A stretch of 64,000 nt of DNA from Nitrospirales bacterium. Lineage in GTDB: Bacteria > Nitrospirota > Nitrospiria > Nitrospirales > UBA8639. The stretch spans positions 64,001 to 128,000 of the forward strand of contig CBDBCZ010000013.1 of assembly GCA_965203295.1 (NCBI GenBank), in the 5' to 3' direction. The position numbers and the translations under genes are program-made. The notes under the pieces are model-generated. The model was not told the DNA's origin and searched no databases. It saw only the letters and a list, made by a program, of their open reading frames with translations. This document shows positions 61,534 through 64,000 of this stretch, in pieces; the stretch's first letter is position 1, and every line of letters begins with the position of its first letter.

Positions 61534-62046
61534 CTCGAGCCAGAGGAGGTCGGTCAAGGTTGACCTTTACTGATCAGGTCTCATTAAAGTCACGTGTAGC
61601 TCAGTACTGTAGATTACGTAATGCACGTTTAGTACAGTACTCTCCATTGACCGTTTTTGGACTTTTTCACTATATCGCCCCGGCTCTATCACCTTGAAAA
61701 TGGACTCGTATGACGGCGTAGGAGTCTTTTGTTGTGTTTAAAGCCCGAGCCCTTGAATCGCCCCTCTGCAACTGCTGCAACATGGCAAAAGCGGCGTGGC
61801 ACTTAGTTGCAGAGGGGCGATTCAAGGGCTCGGGCTTTAAACACAACAAAAGACTCCTACGCCGCCTTACGAGTCCAGTTTCAAGGTGATAGGGCCGGGG
61901 CGATATAGTGAAAAGGTCCAAAAACGGTCAATGGAGAGTACTGTACTAAACGCGCATTACGTAATCTACAGTACTGAGCTACACGTGACTTTAATGAGAC
62001 CTGATTAGTAAAGGTCAACCTTGACCGACCTCCTCTGGTCTCGAGC
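61534..62046. repeat. About 510-bp near-perfect palindrome (arms about 240 bp, spacer about 30 bp)
   Basis: CCAGAGGAGGTCGGTCAAGGTTGACC...CCCCTCTGCAACT / AGTTGCAGAGGGG...GGTCAACCTTGACCGACCTCCTCTGG; the ORF track shows the same peptide on both strands. Confidence 0.9.
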
Positions 62047-62935
62047 TGAGGTCTTGACAAACTTGTCATGAGGTTTTATCAGGGGAGGCTTACTACACGG
62101 CAGCTCCAAAGTTCTTTTGTTGCTCATCATTGAACGCCACAACATATTCTGTGTGCCATCTGACCATCGAAAAAAGAAGCACACACTTTTTGCTCAACAG
62201 AGCCTCGAAATATTATTTTTTCAACTGATCAACAAAACTTGATAATGCCCTTTTATACCTGCCTGATTATCACCTATGTTTAGCTAATAGTATACTAGAG
62301 TTTACCATACATTATTATCGAGTACGGTAATGCTCCATATGTAGGGTGGCACAGGAAAAAAATGGCCACCGCATTAAAAGTTTGTGCAAAATCATGCGTT
62401 CAAATGTCTACACTTGAAGCGTGCAGTCATAAGCAATTAAGAATTGTACCTGTCATTCTGGGACATCTTTATTATCAACAAGAGTGACGTCATACTTCAC
62501 AATTGGTAGAAGAGATTAAAATTGACAGGACGCTGAACAGCCATCTGTCCTATTTCTTCTTTTGTTCTTCTTCCACCAGACTAGCTATGAAGCAATTGTT
62601 AACACACATTTTTCTCTGGGGTATTGTACTTTTAGCATAGCATTTGCATGCACAGTCTGCCAGCCAAATACGAACTTTGAACTTTATAGCCACTTGTCTG
62701 CTCCGCATTTCCCGCTTTACGACTGCGAAAGTTACACGAACTGTAGCTATGACAACTTTCTCACATGGCTGATAAAATTTTGGTGGTACAAATCCACGAT
62801 AGCCTTTGGTCAGATGTGCTCAGAGACTCAGACTCTAAATAAAGTCACAAGGAAAGTTTTCATCCTGTCACTCATCTCTAAGTCCCCTATGCAAGTGTGA
62901 TGAGTGATACTGGAGGGGCCCATAGGGGGTAGGAC

Positions 62936-63129
62936 TAGTCTTGAGGGCCAGTCCACTTCCGCTTAGAGGGAAGGTGGTCTGGTGAATTGCCATAATTCGC
63001 CGCTCCGGAATTTAGTTAGTTATGCAACGCCACATGATGTTAGCGATTAATTACCACGTTTTATTTAGGAGATATGCCGTCCCCAGGCCACCTTCCCTCT
63101 AAGCGGAAGTGGGCTGGCCCGTGAGACTG
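62936..63129. mobile_element. TAGTCT-family MITE
   Basis: About 45-bp TIRs GGGCCAG.CCACTTCCGCTTAGAGGGAAGGTGG.CTGG / CCAGGCCACCTTCCCTCTAAGCGGAAGTGGGCTGGCCC. Confidence 0.7.
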
Positions 63130-64000
63130 TAAAATTAGAACAAGCCCTCATGGGCGCGTGTACATATTTGCATTCCATCGTCGCGTGCGAACAAAAATAC
63201 GGAGTTATACAGATAAAATACGGAGTTCTAAAAACAGCGGGGCTCAATGGGGCTCAATCCACGGACTCCAATAGCAGGTCTAGAAGAGGAGTCACATTCC
63301 AGCACATATAACTGTGAACGTGACATGCCAGGCTCAGAACGCATGCCCATGCCTTGCCTTACCATCAGAAGACTATCTATAGTCTCGTACCCAGAGCCCT
63401 CCCCACTCTCCCAAAGGTAAAGTAGGGAAAAGTAGGGAAGAGTAAAACGAGGGGAGGGTCTGGGAGATTGCGTTACCGCTACGCGTATCTCTGCCGGAAT
63501 GCTGGCAGAGCCAATTAAATGCTAGTTATCAATAATAATTGAATTGTGGTTATGGCCACACTGCCTGCCATTGTAAAAAATTATGACATCACTAAAGAAA
63601 AGAAAAAATAAAACATTGACATCATGCAGCGCGGTCGCTAAAACCACACTGCCTGCCATTGTAAAAAATTATGACATCACTAAAGAAAAGCAAAAATAGA
63701 ACAATGACATCATGCAGCGTGGTCGCCAATTTTGGAAAAGTACCGCCTCTGGAGACACTGGAGCTTGTTCACCTAACTTGTTGATTTGAATGTGGAAACA
63801 TAATCACTTTTAGCTGGGTCAAGTCAAAGATGCTATATTCTGGAATATAGTATCTATGGTCAAGCCATTCATCGAAACTAAGTCAACTATGCACTGCAAT
63901 GACAACTATATGTTTTACTGTGATGTATTATATTATAGAATATATAGCTACATGGCACATACCTATTGCTGTTCCATTAGATAGTGATAGGTCAACCTCA

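Overview
Eukaryotic (animal) genomic DNA with GT-AG introns; the gene content suggests a marine invertebrate, possibly a demosponge (inference only). Two convergent genes are present. (1) On + is a complete 7-exon SDF2/SDF2L1-family gene (238-9392, 207 aa by my manual splicing). (2) On - is a >49 kb type-I membrane-protein gene whose 5' end was not found in the window. In transcript order it has Calx-beta exons, then an array of about 59 apparently intact plus at least 4 defective single-domain Sushi/CCP exons (mostly 183 nt, all phase 1-1), then one exon with 4 EGF repeats, a transmembrane exon and a short basic tail. The array shows block duplications, a gene-conversion-like patch, a frameshifted exon with intact splice sites, and one inverted copy of the shared intron motif. 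Together these make it a candidate exon-choice or length-variable recognition receptor, which is untested. Introns are dense with MITEs, palindromes, tandem repeats and Penelope, DIRS and HIRAN-bearing element remnants. Coordinates were read by hand and may be off by a few bases; the exon count may be off by 1-2.
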